DNA from: Syncephalis fuscata S228
Lineage: Eukaryota > Fungi > Zoopagomycota
Length of the DNA: 64,000 bases
Reading direction: 5' to 3'
Assembly: GCA_025786725.1 (NCBI GenBank)
Contig: JAHLTZ010000014.1
Span: forward strand, 248,001 to 312,000
The translations under genes were made by a program, and so were the position numbers. Each line of letters opens with the position of its first letter. The first letter of the stretch is position 1. Positions 24,736-38,439 of the stretch are shown here, piece after piece. The notes under the pieces were generated by a model that was not told the DNA's origin, did no database searches, and saw nothing but the letters and a program-made list of their open reading frames with translations.

Positions 24736-27570
24736 TTACAGATGTGGCTTCACTGCTTGCATAACACGCGCCACTAATTCAGCCTTTTTAGTATTATTTG
24801 TAGATTGTTTACTAATACCGTGTAGATAGCCTTTCAGTTGCTCCACTGTCAACTAAATAGCCATTTAAAGAACAAAATAAATTACTATTGTATTTTTTAA
24901 CATGAGTAATTATTAGTTTACCTGGTTTACCTTGTTCATACGTGCCAGTTGGAGTATATGATCATGGCTTACACCGTCTTTCTTCGTCTTATTAACCCGT
25001 AGATTACCATCAGCATCATACTATTGTCTAATGCCTAAGTGTTGATCATTTATTGCGTGGTCTTTTAACTAACCTCGGCCTTTCGTTTCATCAAGAAAAC
25101 ATAATGGTCCAGATCAATTTGAGATTTAAATTGACGTACTAAATCACCGATTCTCTATTAAAACAGCATAAATACTAATGTTAATAGCAATAATGTGGTA
25201 GAAATACCTGAGAAGTTCCTTTAGTATATTTTAGAATTTTATTGGCTGGTTCTGGTATATCTCGGCCTAAAGCTACAGCTTTGAGCACTTCATTATGTCG
25301 CTGTATTACTAAAGTAATTAAATGTTAGTAATTAAATAAATACAGGTATATCGATGTATGTATATATGTACCAGGATTATTAAACATATCAGCTTGGAAG
25401 CTTTGTTTAAGAGCCAATTTACTGATTATTCTTTTAACTAAATCAATCTGTTCTTCTGATGCTATTGGTTATTAATAGGTATTGGCAATTTAGTATGTTA
25501 TATCGCTATTGTATTGATGTATACCTTCGATAGGTGTATTTACAGGTATATGGCGAATAGCATCACTAAATGGCAAAGTAATAATATGAAAGCCTGGTGG
25601 TTCCACCTGACCGTAATCATCAACCACTTCTAACTGTATTATAACTGTGTTAGTAGTATACTAGTTGCTACTATTGGTAATTATACCTGGGGTAATAGTG
25701 CAACCAAACGTGGTCCTGAGTATTTTTTCATAATTAAACGGCAAATAGCCACGTATTTCTTTTCAGCGAGTGTTCTTAACAGTGCTGTAAATGTTGTTAT
25801 ACTGCCTTGATAAGTCTATTATTTATTAGTTCGTCTATCTATTATTTATATAGTGTTTTACCGCTTCATCAGGATAGGCAAAATACGGTGGTGACACTGT
25901 ATGGTGTAGCTTAAGAGAGTTTTGTGGTTTAAATCCCAATAAACGTATACCTATGATAGAATAAGCTATATTAAATTAAATAAGCCAATCTACTGACCAG
26001 GTTCACCAAATGTTATCATTTGTTCTAATTCTTGTTTTGTGAACACAACCTATAATTATTCATTAAATTAATAATTATAATTGCCCTTTAATACTAATAT
26101 ACTACCTTTTCTCCACCAAACATATAATAATAATGTACTTGATCTTTATCAACATGCGTATCGGTATTCTAGTAAATATATCCAATAATAAACATAACAT
26201 TTAATTAAATATATATATACAATAGCTTACTTTTATGACTAACTCTGTCTTTGATTGTACATTATAGGCAAACCCATCATTAAAATAGAAAGGTCTACTC
26301 TTTTGCTTATTCTGTCTATCCAATAGTTTATATCTAATAAATGATTATAAATAAATATTAGTAAATAGTAAAATATCTACCTACATGCTAACACCAATTG
26401 TTAAGCGGTCAGTTAAAGCAAAAGGAAGCTGCATCTGAGCGCGTTTTTTAGTCATTCGTCGCTTCACTTTAATAAGCAACTCTTTATATTGGTTGGAAAC
26501 TGGCATTTCTCTCCACATATCGCTATGATCGTTATCGGCATCATTTAAATGTTTTGAAAGAATGGTCTAATACATATCAGTATGTAGAATCCATTTAATA
26601 CAAATCTGCCCACTTTATAGAACTTTAACGGATCAAATCGTGGATCTAAAGAACTTAATTGAAATAGTTCAATTCGAATACCTGAACTATAAAGGCTCTA
26701 ATGGGGTTTATTAGTAGTATATCATCAAATGGTAATAAACCTTACACTAATCTGTTCATGAATTATTTGTTGTGATTCAGGCTGAGATGCATAAGGTGTA
26801 GCATTATTTGTCATAAGAAATATCCGTTTAGTGCCTGTATATTGTTCGCTAGTTTACAGGTAATTATTCTAATGCATATTACCAAATACTAATATTAGCT
26901 GTATAATTACCTAGTAGGAAATACATTTTGACATACTTTAAGCACATCACTTAAACTACTGTCTGTTGTGGCAACTTGGCCAACAATTTGTTCGATCTTT
27001 TGAGGATCTATATAGTTAATTATTAATAACTGATATGTATATAAATATAAATATACTGCTAAATAACATAACTAAACAGTTAACTTACTTTTGGTAAACA
27101 CTTCTAATTGTTTAACTTGCTCAGCACTTGATTCTTCCAAGTCTTGTAACAAGTAGATATGCTCAAACATCTCTTTATTACTACTCTCCAGCTATACTCA
27201 TTATTATTGATAACATTATATACGTTAAATAGCGTCAGTATGCATTAAATAAGTAAATATGCAATTTACCGTGCCATAGAATAAAATACCTATACGCTCT
27301 GTATTACTCTTAGGTAGCTTATCCAGCAATACAGTACTTGCACAGCGTAAAGCGAATAAAAAAGGTATTTCGCCATACTTATTGGCTTGTCTCATAGCGG
27401 TAGAGGCATCGATAACAAATAGAGTGCAGTCTACACTACGTATATGTATCTGTAATACGATGCTTAGTTGGCATACTATTATTGTATACGCCAATTACCT
27501 GTTGCTCTTCGGCAACCGTCTCTTCAATATCATTTGCTTCTTTAAAACTAAATTCTTGAGATTCAGTCAT
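24736..27570 (-). CDS. KU70: Ku70 DNA end-binding protein, many short exons
   Basis: vWA CTLFVIDAS...IGILFYG; KRIFLMTN; LLGFKP; PGFHIITLPFSDAIR; C-terminal SAP domain LTVEQLKGYL...KKAELV. Confidence 0.92.
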
Positions 27571-27675
27571 GTTTAAAAAGAATGAAATAGAAAATTTATA
27601 CAGATACATTCATGTAAAATAGATTTATTATTATTATTTATAGCGTCAGTGATAGGTCAGCGTACTTTTAGTCAT

Positions 27676-28165
27676 TTAAACGGCTTCTGCCTTTTCTAAT
27701 CTCTTTGTCAGTTTTGGCATAGGCTTCTCGTTTGACTTTAAGTTTAAATTACGACGAGCGGCCACCTTCTCTTCCAACACGCGCTTTAACCGAACACCGG
27801 CTTCACTGGCCAGTTTATCGTCGCGTGTCTTTAACAAATAATTATCGAGTCCGCCTTTTTTGTCAATAGTACGCAATGCAGCGGCTGTCACTCTGAATCG
27901 AACCATACGACCTAGAATATCTGAATAAAGACGTTTGTTTTGTACATTGGGTAGCCATGTACTAATAGTAATAATAACAATAGTAGCAATGGCGGCGATG
28001 TTAGATTAATACGTATATTAGCTGAATCTATACTTACCGCCGTGTCTTTTTCAGTGAGAATGGTTTGTTATTACCAAATTGAATGTGCTTTCCATCAAAT
28101 AAACCACGCTGTGCACGCTTAAATGTGTTGACCGCGTTGGCGTAAAGTGTAAGCGATGGCTGCAT
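27676..28165 (-). CDS. MRPL24: Mitochondrial ribosomal protein bL28m, 2 exons
   Basis: FKRAQRGLFDGKHIQFGN...KTRR|TWLPNVQNKRLYSDIL...RTIDKKGGLDNYLL. Confidence 0.92.
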
Positions 28166-28336
28166 GTTGTGCTGCTGTAGTCGTTTGTAGAAAATAAATG
28201 GAGGAAAAATGTTGTAACAGCATCATTTATGTTTTCACTAGTTTTACTAACTACTCCTCATTGTGTATTGACACTAATTCCCTACTAACACTGTTTCTCC
28301 TTTCTTTGTTATACATCTACACTGCTATTACTCAAT

Positions 28337-29352
28337 ATGAAGTAGTAAGTGGCGATTAAGCGTATTTATTTGAGTGGTAGACTTTAATGGTTATTTACAG
28401 TCTACTTGGACCGTTGACACTACTGTTTGTTTGGTTAACAACCTGTTGTGTATGGGCAGCCACAAATATTCAAGGCTCTATCGTGCGTAATGAAGCTATT
28501 CCCGGTATGTATGAACAAGTATAGCCGTGGTATAGATATTAAATAGAAATACGTGTAAAATATTAGAACTATCTCTTCTATCTTCTTCAACGTTGGTAGT
28601 TTTGGACAATGGCAATCATGTAGGTCATGTTCGACAGGATGGCAGTTTCGTCATGTAAGCTTATTTGAGTATTGGTATTACAATTGAGTTAATAGCCATA
28701 AATTATTACGTATTACGTATTGTATATTAGACCAATGGTAGCAGACGGTGATTATTTACTCGAAGTATGGACTACTAGCCTTGAATTCCCCAGAGTATGA
28801 TTCATACAATATATATATATAGCTTTTAATCAACTAATTCATCATATTTATAGATGAAGCTATCGGTCAAGCAAGGTGTTGTTTATCCTAGTGTAACAGA
28901 AGTAGGCGCAGACTGGTCAAGTGCTGGTCCAGAGCTGCCTTATCCATTATTGCTGGTACCTCGCGGCAAGCGTCAATTCTTTACGGTAATAACAATAACA
29001 ACAATTGTTTGTTCGCTGTACTAATATGAAATTGTTAATTGTAGAAACGAGAAGGATTTAGCATTCTTGGACTGTTTGCCAATCCATATATGCTTATGAT
29101 GGGCTTTAGTGTTATTATGCTAGTAGTGATGCCCAAGATGATGAAAAGTATGGGTAAGTATTAGAAATATACTATCTATTTAGTTACTAATTAATTAATG
29201 TTAATTAATAACATTATTCTATTGATGTGTATCTATTAGATCCTGAAGCATTACAAGAAATGCAACAGAATCAAAATAATATTCAGAATAGTCTTGAAAA
29301 TATGCCAGATATTTCACAGAAATTGGCCAACTTTTTTGCACCTAATTCATAG
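28337..29352 (+). CDS. EMC7: ER membrane protein complex subunit 7, multi-exon
   Basis: Signal peptide; VRQDGSF; GDYLLEV; REGFSILGLFANPYMLMMG...MPKMMKSMDPEALQEMQ. Confidence 0.85.
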
Positions 29353-29602
29353 CGAACAATCTCTAGCGAACAATCCCTAGTGAACACTTCATAGTAAATA
29401 AATACTGTGCAATGATTGGAAGTGAACGCGAATGTGTAGCAATCGATGATTGGCCAGTATAGAGCCATATCTGCCCTTGACTCCTTTTAAACTGTTACTT
29501 ACGCTTTTACCATTATTTCTACACACCTCTACTTCATACGCCGCCGTTTATCGACTAGCTACAGCTTCTATTTTTCTAACTTGATTCTACGTCTTTACTA
29601 CA

Positions 29603-30023
29603 ATGTCGGATCACGCCGAATCATTTCTCGATGAACCACGTCAGTTCATCAAGGAAAGCCAACAGCTATTGAATCGCTGCACTAAGCCGGATCGTAAAGG
29701 TATGTCAGTTTGCATGTTCTTGTAGAACATGCGACTGTAAAGTTCTAGCATTAATAGTAGTATTATAGAATATATCAAGGTGGCACAGGCTGTTTCTATG
29801 GGCTTTTTCGTTATGGGCTTTATTGGATTCTTTGTCAAGGTATGTATAAAGATGAGCGTGTCAGTCAATTGTCTTAATATTAATATGTTATTTATAAATA
29901 TGTCTGTGTATAATCTAGCTTATCCATATTCCAATCAACAACATCATTGTGTAAGTGAATGTTTAAGCTATTAATATTAGAGCTAATTATTATTATTATT
30001 ATTATTATAGTGGTGGTGCCTAA
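29603..30023 (+). CDS. SSS1: Sec61 gamma subunit, 4 exons
   Basis: [48 protein letters not shown]. Confidence 0.97.
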
Positions 30024-30456
30024 GTAAAATGCAAAAAACAGACATAATTAAAGTTCAACTTAAAATGCATTTTATTTTAGCGCTATAATTAACTAAATGA
30101 ATATTGTTTAAGCCATTGATTTAAATATCTTAAATATTTTAAATGAATTAAATTAAAGATTTAATCAAATATGGATAATTTAACTGAAATAGAAGATGTA
30201 GATTTAATATGCATGCACTACACAACACAATGTGATAATAACACTAGGGACATGAAATATGCATAGTAATTATAATAACTAAATGAGACTCTATTGTATG
30301 AGAGGACTGACAGTATATGAATGGAATAGATTACGAGCACACCCATCGTAATCTAGACCAAAAGCTATTGTTTCAATGATGATGATGATGATATTGACAA
30401 TGCTGATATTGACAATGATGATATTGCTGTTGTATTGCTAATGCCAATAGTTGCCA

Positions 30457-31276
30457 TTATAGGCGTAGGTGTGCACCTAGTGCATTGACTTGACGGCGAT
30501 CTTCATCACTACGTGGTTGCCATAAATTGTTGATATGACCAGCATGAGAGCCATAGTGAGCATTGTTGTTTGGTGAGCGTTCTCGGTAGTCGCGCATTGA
30601 TGCATTCGTGTCATTGCAGTCGTTATGTGTATACGTATGAGCGGTGGTCATCATAGGCAGTAGAATTCTTGACTGTCCAATGCAAGGACTGTTTGTGTAG
30701 CTGATGCTCATTTGCTGTAAATCATAAGCGCTTGGTGTAATAAATGCTACAGGCGTTGGTGGCAACAATGCCATACCTAAGGGTGCAGTGTGCAACGAGA
30801 CAGTCGCTGCGGTAGGTGAGAGTGGAGCAGTGGTAACGCAGCTAGCATAAGCGTGGCCAGGCACAGATGCTAGGCGTGGCTGATGTAGCAGAACAGCCGG
30901 TGTTGTAGGCGAATGTTCAGGTGGAGTAAGCGGTGGCGTGCTAGCCATTTCCCAGACGCGTTCATTATACATCATTGTAGAATCGTGCGTATTACCTTCT
31001 GGCATTTGACCATGATGATGCCACGACGACGGCGATGGCTGTGGAAGCGGCAAGTGCCATTCTTTCTGTGGTGGGCTGCGTGGTGCCTGTTTCGGTGATG
31101 GTACACGTGGACTCGACTCGCGATACACTGATCTAGACGACCTATAAGATAAATCGTGATCATGTTCGCTGGAAGAAACAGGTATCATGCTATGCGCGAA
31201 TTGTTGGGGTAGCATCTGCTTTGTGTCATGAGATGCTGCATGTCTGGGGAAAGCATATTCGTTATGGCCGAATGAC

Positions 31277-31314
<38 letters not shown>

Positions 31315-32211
31315 TAGTTGTAGTTGCTGCTGCTGTAGTTGCTGCTGCTGCTGTTGTAGTTGCTGCTGTTGTTGTTGTTGCTGTTGTGAATGCTGAAATA
31401 GTTCAGATGCGGATCGCATGGTTTGCAGTGGCGATGTCTCATCGACGCACATATCATGTGCTATTGAATGCAGCTCAGGATATATTTCGCGTGGAATTTG
31501 GACATGCTGTAATCTAGGATCAAATCGTGGACGTGGAAGAGCTCCTGTTGCCAGATCTGACTCAGAAAAGTATGAAATCAAATGAAGACGGCGACCAGAG
31601 CTGGTTTCAACAGCAATGGTACGTTTAATAAGGCCGTTTTGCTTAAAAAGCAGTCGCTTACTACCATAACGGGTTGGATTTGGAATAGCTGCAACAAGCG
31701 AAGCAGCCGTAGGAGAAACAGGCATAACATTGCCGCTACTCGAGCTATAGCCATGCGAGCGGTTATACATGCCACCGGTTGGCATAATACTCTCTGACAT
31801 TGGATCTTCGGGCGAGTCAATGTCCATAGCTTCGGTGCGTCGACAGGATAGTTCGCGATAAACGAGGAACCGGCCTCGAATGCGAGAGGGAGACCAAAGA
31901 CGGCCATCGGTCCAACGACGCACATCCGACTCCTCTTCGTCCCATACGTAGACGGAGCCGGAGCGGAGCCAGCGTCGCTCACGTTCGTTAAGCCGGCGGT
32001 GGACGCGCGGCAACGAGCCAACACGACAACTTTCAAAGATAAGTAGCGCGTCTTGAACGGTTTCAATATAGCCGAAATAAGTCTCCATACCACAGAATGG
32101 TACTGAGCCATCGTCGTTACCAGCAGTGGTATCAACGACACCATTCTGTACCCAGTCGGCACGAGTGTTAGCTCCTGCGGACATTGATACACCTGCGTTG
32201 TTATAACTCAT
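30457..32211 (-). CDS. Gti1/Pac2 (WOPR) family transcription factor with polyQ tract
   Basis: METYFGYIETVQDALLIFESC...RSGSVYVWDEEESDVRRWTDGRLWSPSR; GLIKRTI...HLISY. Confidence 0.95.
31275..31388 (-). repeat. CAG/CAA polyglutamine repeat in the WOPR gene
   Basis: Run of (tgc/tgt)n on the + strand. Confidence 0.95.
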
Positions 32212-33905
32212 GTTAAGCTTTTAAAAGGCGTAGCACAAAGGCAATAAAATGATAGAGTAGAGCAACTGTTAAGCGTGTCAAAAGATTGATTCGAATATTA
32301 ATTCGTCTATGGTGTCTATTTGAATAGTCTATATGTTTTAGCCGAAGGCTATAAAAATATGGCAATAAAATCTATCGAAATATTGAAAAATGCTTGCGCA
32401 ACAGAAACAACAGCAATATGTAAACGCAAGTTTTGTTATTAGAAATAAAGGCAACTAAAGCACTGATTTCTAACTAAGTAAATAAGATAACTGGTAAAAC
32501 ACTTAAAATTAATTGTAACAGAAGGATACACAAAGCAATTAATCGGGGATTCTATAGGGATAAACCGCAAGCGTAAAATCTACACAATTGTATAGTAGCA
32601 AATATGGATAAACTGAGAATAAAGGAAATTGATGTATGGAAATACGAAAGGCAAACAGGGCAAATATTAACGAAATGGCGGAAAAACGAAGTAGGCAATG
32701 AAAAGGAAACGAGAAGTATTGAAGTAATGGTATCCGTTGTAAGAGTAAAGAAAAGCGACGAGAAAAGAAGTTGAAATAGCCAACAAATAAGTCAGCATTT
32801 TACGCTGGTCACATATTTTGAAGTCCAATGCTGGCAAAACATCATGTGCAGACAGCGCGACTACGTTGGCGATGCAACGATGGCGCGTGTTCATTCGGGT
32901 AAGTTATTTTGCTCAACGACTCCTTGAGTGAAATCAGATGATGCACATGAGAATAGCCTTGAAGCGGTATGGCATTAGAAAGGATGTTACCGATAGTATG
33001 GCAGTAGCACTATGGTATGGATGAAGAGGGTCAAACACATGATCCATTTAACAATAAACTTGAAAATACTACATTTAACCATTGCTAGTATTGCTGCTGT
33101 TGTTAGCAGCAGTATTGGCATTAATGTTGCCATATATTGTTACTTGTAATGGCTAAGAATACTGACGAGTTTATTGCGCATTATTAGATGCAGTAATAAC
33201 GCACCAATAATAACTAAACGACTTTGTTTAAGCTTGAATAAGCTGAATTGCCAATCAGGTGATATATACGAGCAAGCCTATGCAATAAACACTCTTTTGT
33301 GCTCTTAATTTTAGCGAAGACAAGGCGAACGACGCTTGTGTACCCCTTGTTGACCAGTAGATTGCCTTGGTTATTTTAGGCCAGTCTTTTACGACCATGA
33401 CTAGTACAGGGGCAGTAGGTACGAATGGCATGTTATATTGTCTTCTACATTGCGACACAGAAATACACAAAGAACAGATAGACACATACGCAGGCACATG
33501 TCACGTTTTAGATAACCACATGTTATTCGGCCACATGTGCACAGACAAAATCGTATTTTTGAACCTGCACATTAATGAAGTAACTTGCATGTCCAACACG
33601 ACCATGCGGCTAGAAGCATGTAAATCAGCCTATAGAAAAGTTTCTTTATAACGACGTGAACTGGCCACGCTTTAGTTATTTGGCTTGATTTAGTAATAGT
33701 ATCACACTGTGACCTGTACTCAGTCGGAATATTCATTTACCAGTCAGGCACATTTAGGGACTATTCTAATATGGAATGAGTAGCATGATACCTGCAATAT
33801 TAATAAACTGTTATTGCTATTGTAGTTATTATTATTATTAGTGGTATTAAATTTATTAGTGGTATTAAATTTATTATCAAAGTGTTATAAGTGAAATAGA
33901 TGTAG

Positions 33906-35719
33906 TTATGAGTGCACTTCATTGTAAAATAAATATACAAGATGATAGCGAACCCAAAACGCTAGCAAGCTTCCCAGCACCTGCAATAGCATTACCACTA
34001 GGCATAAACGATCTTCGCGCATCGGCCCGAATCGTACTAGCAAGAAATTGAGCAATGTAAAGTTTGAGCAGTATACGGGGCGGTCTGGATCGTTGAGCAA
34101 TTGTTCTGATGTAAGCCAAGTTAATTTGACGTGTGGCATGCCTATAACAGTAAGGCCCGTGGAGATGTGGCGTGCGCGCGTAACGTGTGCCAGTCCAAGC
34201 GTGTCGTATAGATCAATAATAATGCGGCCTCGTGCATTCAGCTCTTTCAAGTCCGCTCCACTTGCTTCCAATTGGCCGGTAATAGGATTAAGCCTGGTTG
34301 GTGTTGGTAATAGTACACGTTTTTATTATTATGCGTGATTATTTTATATAAAAGTTGAATGCGTGTATTAGTCATCATCTATAAATTAGTGATGGGCTTA
34401 CCTAGGCATTCGGTGTCGAGGACATGGCACGAGGTGGAACAGTTGTGGCAGAGAATATGCAAAGTTAATTAGCTGTGGAATAAAGAACAATAAAGCTGTT
34501 TTGCTAAAATGTCCTAATATCGATACAACGGCAAATGTCATGCCGGCAAAGTAGCAATAAGTATCTCCAACAAACACACGTGCCGGGAACCTTTGAACAA
34601 TGTGAGAAAATAGCAGCTGTAGATCATAACCACCTACCAATTATACCATAACAAAGCAAATGATACGCCAATAAATGGCAATAGGAAATGAAGTGAAAAT
34701 AAATGAGCACTCACTGCAGCCGGATCAGCATCGTTTAAGTGTATAAAGTCATTGAATGCAATTGACATGGCAATAATTAATGATTGGCCCACTTCTAGGC
34801 CATTAATACCAGCCAGGATATTGATGGCATTGGTGCAAAATATCGATAGCATACTCATGTACACGTAATAAATGGGTCCTAAATTAAAGATGTATTAGTG
34901 TTTGGTTTGTTTATAAATTTATAGATTTAACTAACTTACCAAGCTCAATAAGGCGACCAAATAACCAGCGTAATGGCGTGGGCACAACGACTGCAGTGGC
35001 ACCACCTGATTCATAATAGACAGCAAGTAATGGAATTGATGCAATACATGGTAGAAAGAGCTTATGCCTCCAACGAATATCAAACACATCATCGGCAAAT
35101 CCTAATAGTGCCATACTTTGTAGAGACAATAAAGCAGATAGCATATCACCTAACTGTTATTGCAATAGAATAGCTGTTAGCATATAGATAATAGGTTAGC
35201 ATGTGCCACCCACTTTAGTCTGAGAAAAGCGAAACTGTGCACCGCCACCTTCTCCGGTCTCCATCCAACGTAGAAATGGAAATGGGATAAACAGGAAAAG
35301 AACTACAAGATAAACAGACGCCACAGCAAGACCCAAGCTCTCCGGGCTAATAAAATAAAAATAAAGTAATAAATAAACAAGAATATGTATGTATGTATGT
35401 ATGTATATGCATGTACGTTTAGTCTACGTATCATTGTGCCCATTAAGAAGACAGAGTAAAGTGTGATTACTTACAGCTCTTGTTGCTCTTTTTTCAGCAA
35501 GTCGCGTCCTTTAAGTCCAGCTTCTTTAAAGGCTGAACCAACATAGGGGATTAGGAAAAAAGCCGATATACCAGCTAGTAGCATGGCAAACACCAATACT
35601 AGTAGAACATGAGTGCTTTCCTTTGGTATCGGTAGCGCAAGTAGTTCTTGTTGATGTGCAACATACAATCCCAAGATGCCACCCGTCAAACTCACAGCAC
35701 CCAAAGCTTTAGTAAGCAT
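33906..35719 (-). CDS. ALG7: UDP-GlcNAc:dolichol-phosphate GlcNAc-1-P transferase, multi-exon
   Basis: [15 protein letters not shown]; [19 protein letters not shown]; [12 protein letters not shown]; PCPRHRMPR. Confidence 0.97.
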
Positions 35720-36058
35720 AGTTGCCACTATTATTATTAGTAGTACTGCAAAAGAGGTCGTCTAGCAGATGATTGCGTGAGTTATACGACTACAAGCAGT
35801 AAAAGTTGATAAGTGACGGGAATTTTAAGCGCTGTGTCCAACACTCCGCGTCTTATTACGGTGGTATAGAGTTCAGTGAATATAGATTGGGTCAAGCTGG
35901 CTTAAGTAAATTGATTTTGTTTTTTTTTCTTTTTCTTCAACAGATTTGCTACCGCTTGCGTCCCTTCTCCATCAGCGTACTTTGCTACTTGTTCCGTACA
36001 CTTGTTTGTCCTCGTTGTTTATTGCGTGTTCTAAGTACCGCGGAACAATCTAGTAGTC

Positions 36059-38309
36059 ATGGCGTCCATTTACAACTTTAAGAAGATTCAGGTGGTGCCC
36101 AAGGCCGATGAATTTCTTGACATCGTCCTAAGCAAGACCCAGCGTAAAACGCCAACGGTTATCCATAAAAATTACAAGATTAGCCGTATTCGTAATTTTT
36201 ACATGCGTAAAGTCAAGTTTACCCAGGACAGCTTTGAAGAAAAGCTTAAGCAAATGCTGGAAGACTTTCCACGCTTAGAGGTAAGCAGAGTGGTAAAAAT
36301 ACGTTATAACATTATTAAACTTTATTTGTATCTATTTGTCTAGAATGTCCATCCATTCTACGCCGATCTTATGAACGTACTTTACGATAGAGACCATTAC
36401 AAACTTGCTTTGGGCCAGATTAATACTGCTCGTCATTTAATCAGCCAGGTTGCTAAAGATTATGTACGTCTTATGAAATTCGGTGACTCTTTATATCGAT
36501 GCAAACAGCTGAAACGTGCGGCACTTGGCCGGTAAGTTTAGTAATAGGCTATTTAAGTATATTCTTACCCGTTATCTAGTATGGCGACCATTATGAAGCG
36601 TCAAAAAGATAGCTTGGCCTATTTGGAACAAGTACGACAGCATTTGGCACGTTTGCCATCGATTGATCCAAATACCCGAACTCTTCTCGTGTGTGGCTAC
36701 CCAAACGTTGGCAAGTCCAGCTTTATGAACAAGGTGACCCGTGCCGAAGTAGATGTTCAACCTTATGCATTTACAACAAAGTCTCTATTTGTTGGTCATA
36801 TGGACTACCGCTACTTGCGCTGGCAAGTCATTGATACACCGGGTATTCTGGACCATCCACTAGAAGACCGTAACACTATTGAAATGCAGTCGATTACGGC
36901 CATGGCTCATTTACGCGCCTGTATTCTTTACTTTATGGACCTGTCAGAGCAGTGTGGCTATAGTGTATCAGCCCAGGTGCAACTATTTCATAGCATCAAG
37001 CCACTGTTTGCCAATAAGCCAATTATGCTTATTCTTAGTAAGATGGATGCTCGTCGTCCAGAAGATCTATCACCAGAAGAGGCAGCCCTTTTGGAAAGCA
37101 TTACCAGCGAAGAAGGTGTCCAGGTAGCTCGTCTTAGCTGTCACACTGAAGAAGGTTTAATGGAAGCACGTAATATGGTACGTATTACTACAACAGATTA
37201 GTAATCAAATAATACTAATATTATTCATAATTACTATTAATAGTCCTGTGATAAATTGCTGCAATCTCGTGTTGAAATGAAGCTTAAAGGCCAAAAAATT
37301 AACGATGTGGTTAACAAGCTACATCTTACACAGCCACAGGCTCGTGACGATAAAGTAAGCAAGTTATTAGTAACAAAATGCATTTTATTAATATTATGTA
37401 TAGGAACGTCCAGCATTTATTCCAAATGGTGCAATGGAACACTTGAACTACAACTGGAACGATCCTAACCGTCGTAAACTTGAACGCGATCTTGAGGCAG
37501 AAGAGGGCGGTGCCGGTGTGTACATTCATAATCACAAGAGTAAGTGCATGTTTAACAGTCAGTATAATGAATCTAATAAGTATATTATAGAGAACTATAT
37601 GCTGGCCGATGATGAGTGGAAACAAGATATCATTCCAGAGATCTGGGAAGGCAAGAATATTGCCGATTTCATTGATCCAGATATTGCTGAGAAGTTGGAG
37701 CAACTGGAACGTGATGAAGAGAAGCTTGAACAAGAAGGTACCTATGATTCGAATGAGGAGATTTTGGACTCGGAAGAAGAAGAGATCCGTGAAACAGCTG
37801 CCCAGATTCGTGAGAAGAAGAAACTGATGGCTATGGATGCACGATCGCGTTCTGGCAAGACGCGTATTGCTTTGACAAAGAAGGCTGGTCTAGTTTCAGA
37901 GAAGAAGATGTTTGAACTTGAAGAACATTTAGGCGAACTTGGCCTTGATGCAGTTCAAGCACATACACGTACACGTAAACGAGAACGTTCTGAAACACGT
38001 GCAGAAAGCATTGCTCGTGAAGTTGCAGCAGATGGCTCAAATATGGCACGTGAATTGAATGCAACAGAAGTACGAAGTGTCGCGTAAGTTATAACATTAA
38101 TATAATACACATACCCATACTTACAATAATAATAATAATAATAATAATAATATATAGCAAAAACTGGCCTCAAGCAATGTACTTAAACAGGCACAACGTA
38201 GAAACAATCTATGGCCAAACGTGGCGAAGCTGATCGTGAAATTCTAATCAAGAAACCGAAGCATCTATTTGCCGGTAAACGAAAACAAGGCACGAATGAT
38301 CGTCGTTAG
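36059..38309 (+). CDS. NOG1: Nucleolar GTP-binding protein 1, multi-exon (apparent 1-nt frameshift near 38210)
   Basis: [10 protein letters not shown]; GYPNVGKSS; DTPG; [15 protein letters not shown]-terminus. Confidence 0.97.
38125..38151. repeat. (AAT)n microsatellite in the last NOG1 intron
   Basis: aataataat... run; similar runs near 10.84, 13.34, 14.22, 29.99 and 60.08 kb. Confidence 0.9.
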
Positions 38310-38439
38310 TGTGTGCGTAGATATAATGACAATGACATCCTTTATTATTTTAAACAACTGTGGCTGTTTACAAGCAATGAATTTTTAAAAAAACAGGCTG
38401 TTGTGCTTTTAGATATCATTTGCGTGCTATAATATCTTG

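Noticed and set aside
24736-27570. KU70, EMC7 and other genes nearly absent from the ORF track, suggesting pseudogenes
   Set aside because: Explained by many short GT-AG introns; the exon junctions checked join in frame
32212-33905. Short ORFs in the long region upstream of the WOPR gene
   Set aside because: No homology cues or coherent exon structure; probably promoter and 5' UTR
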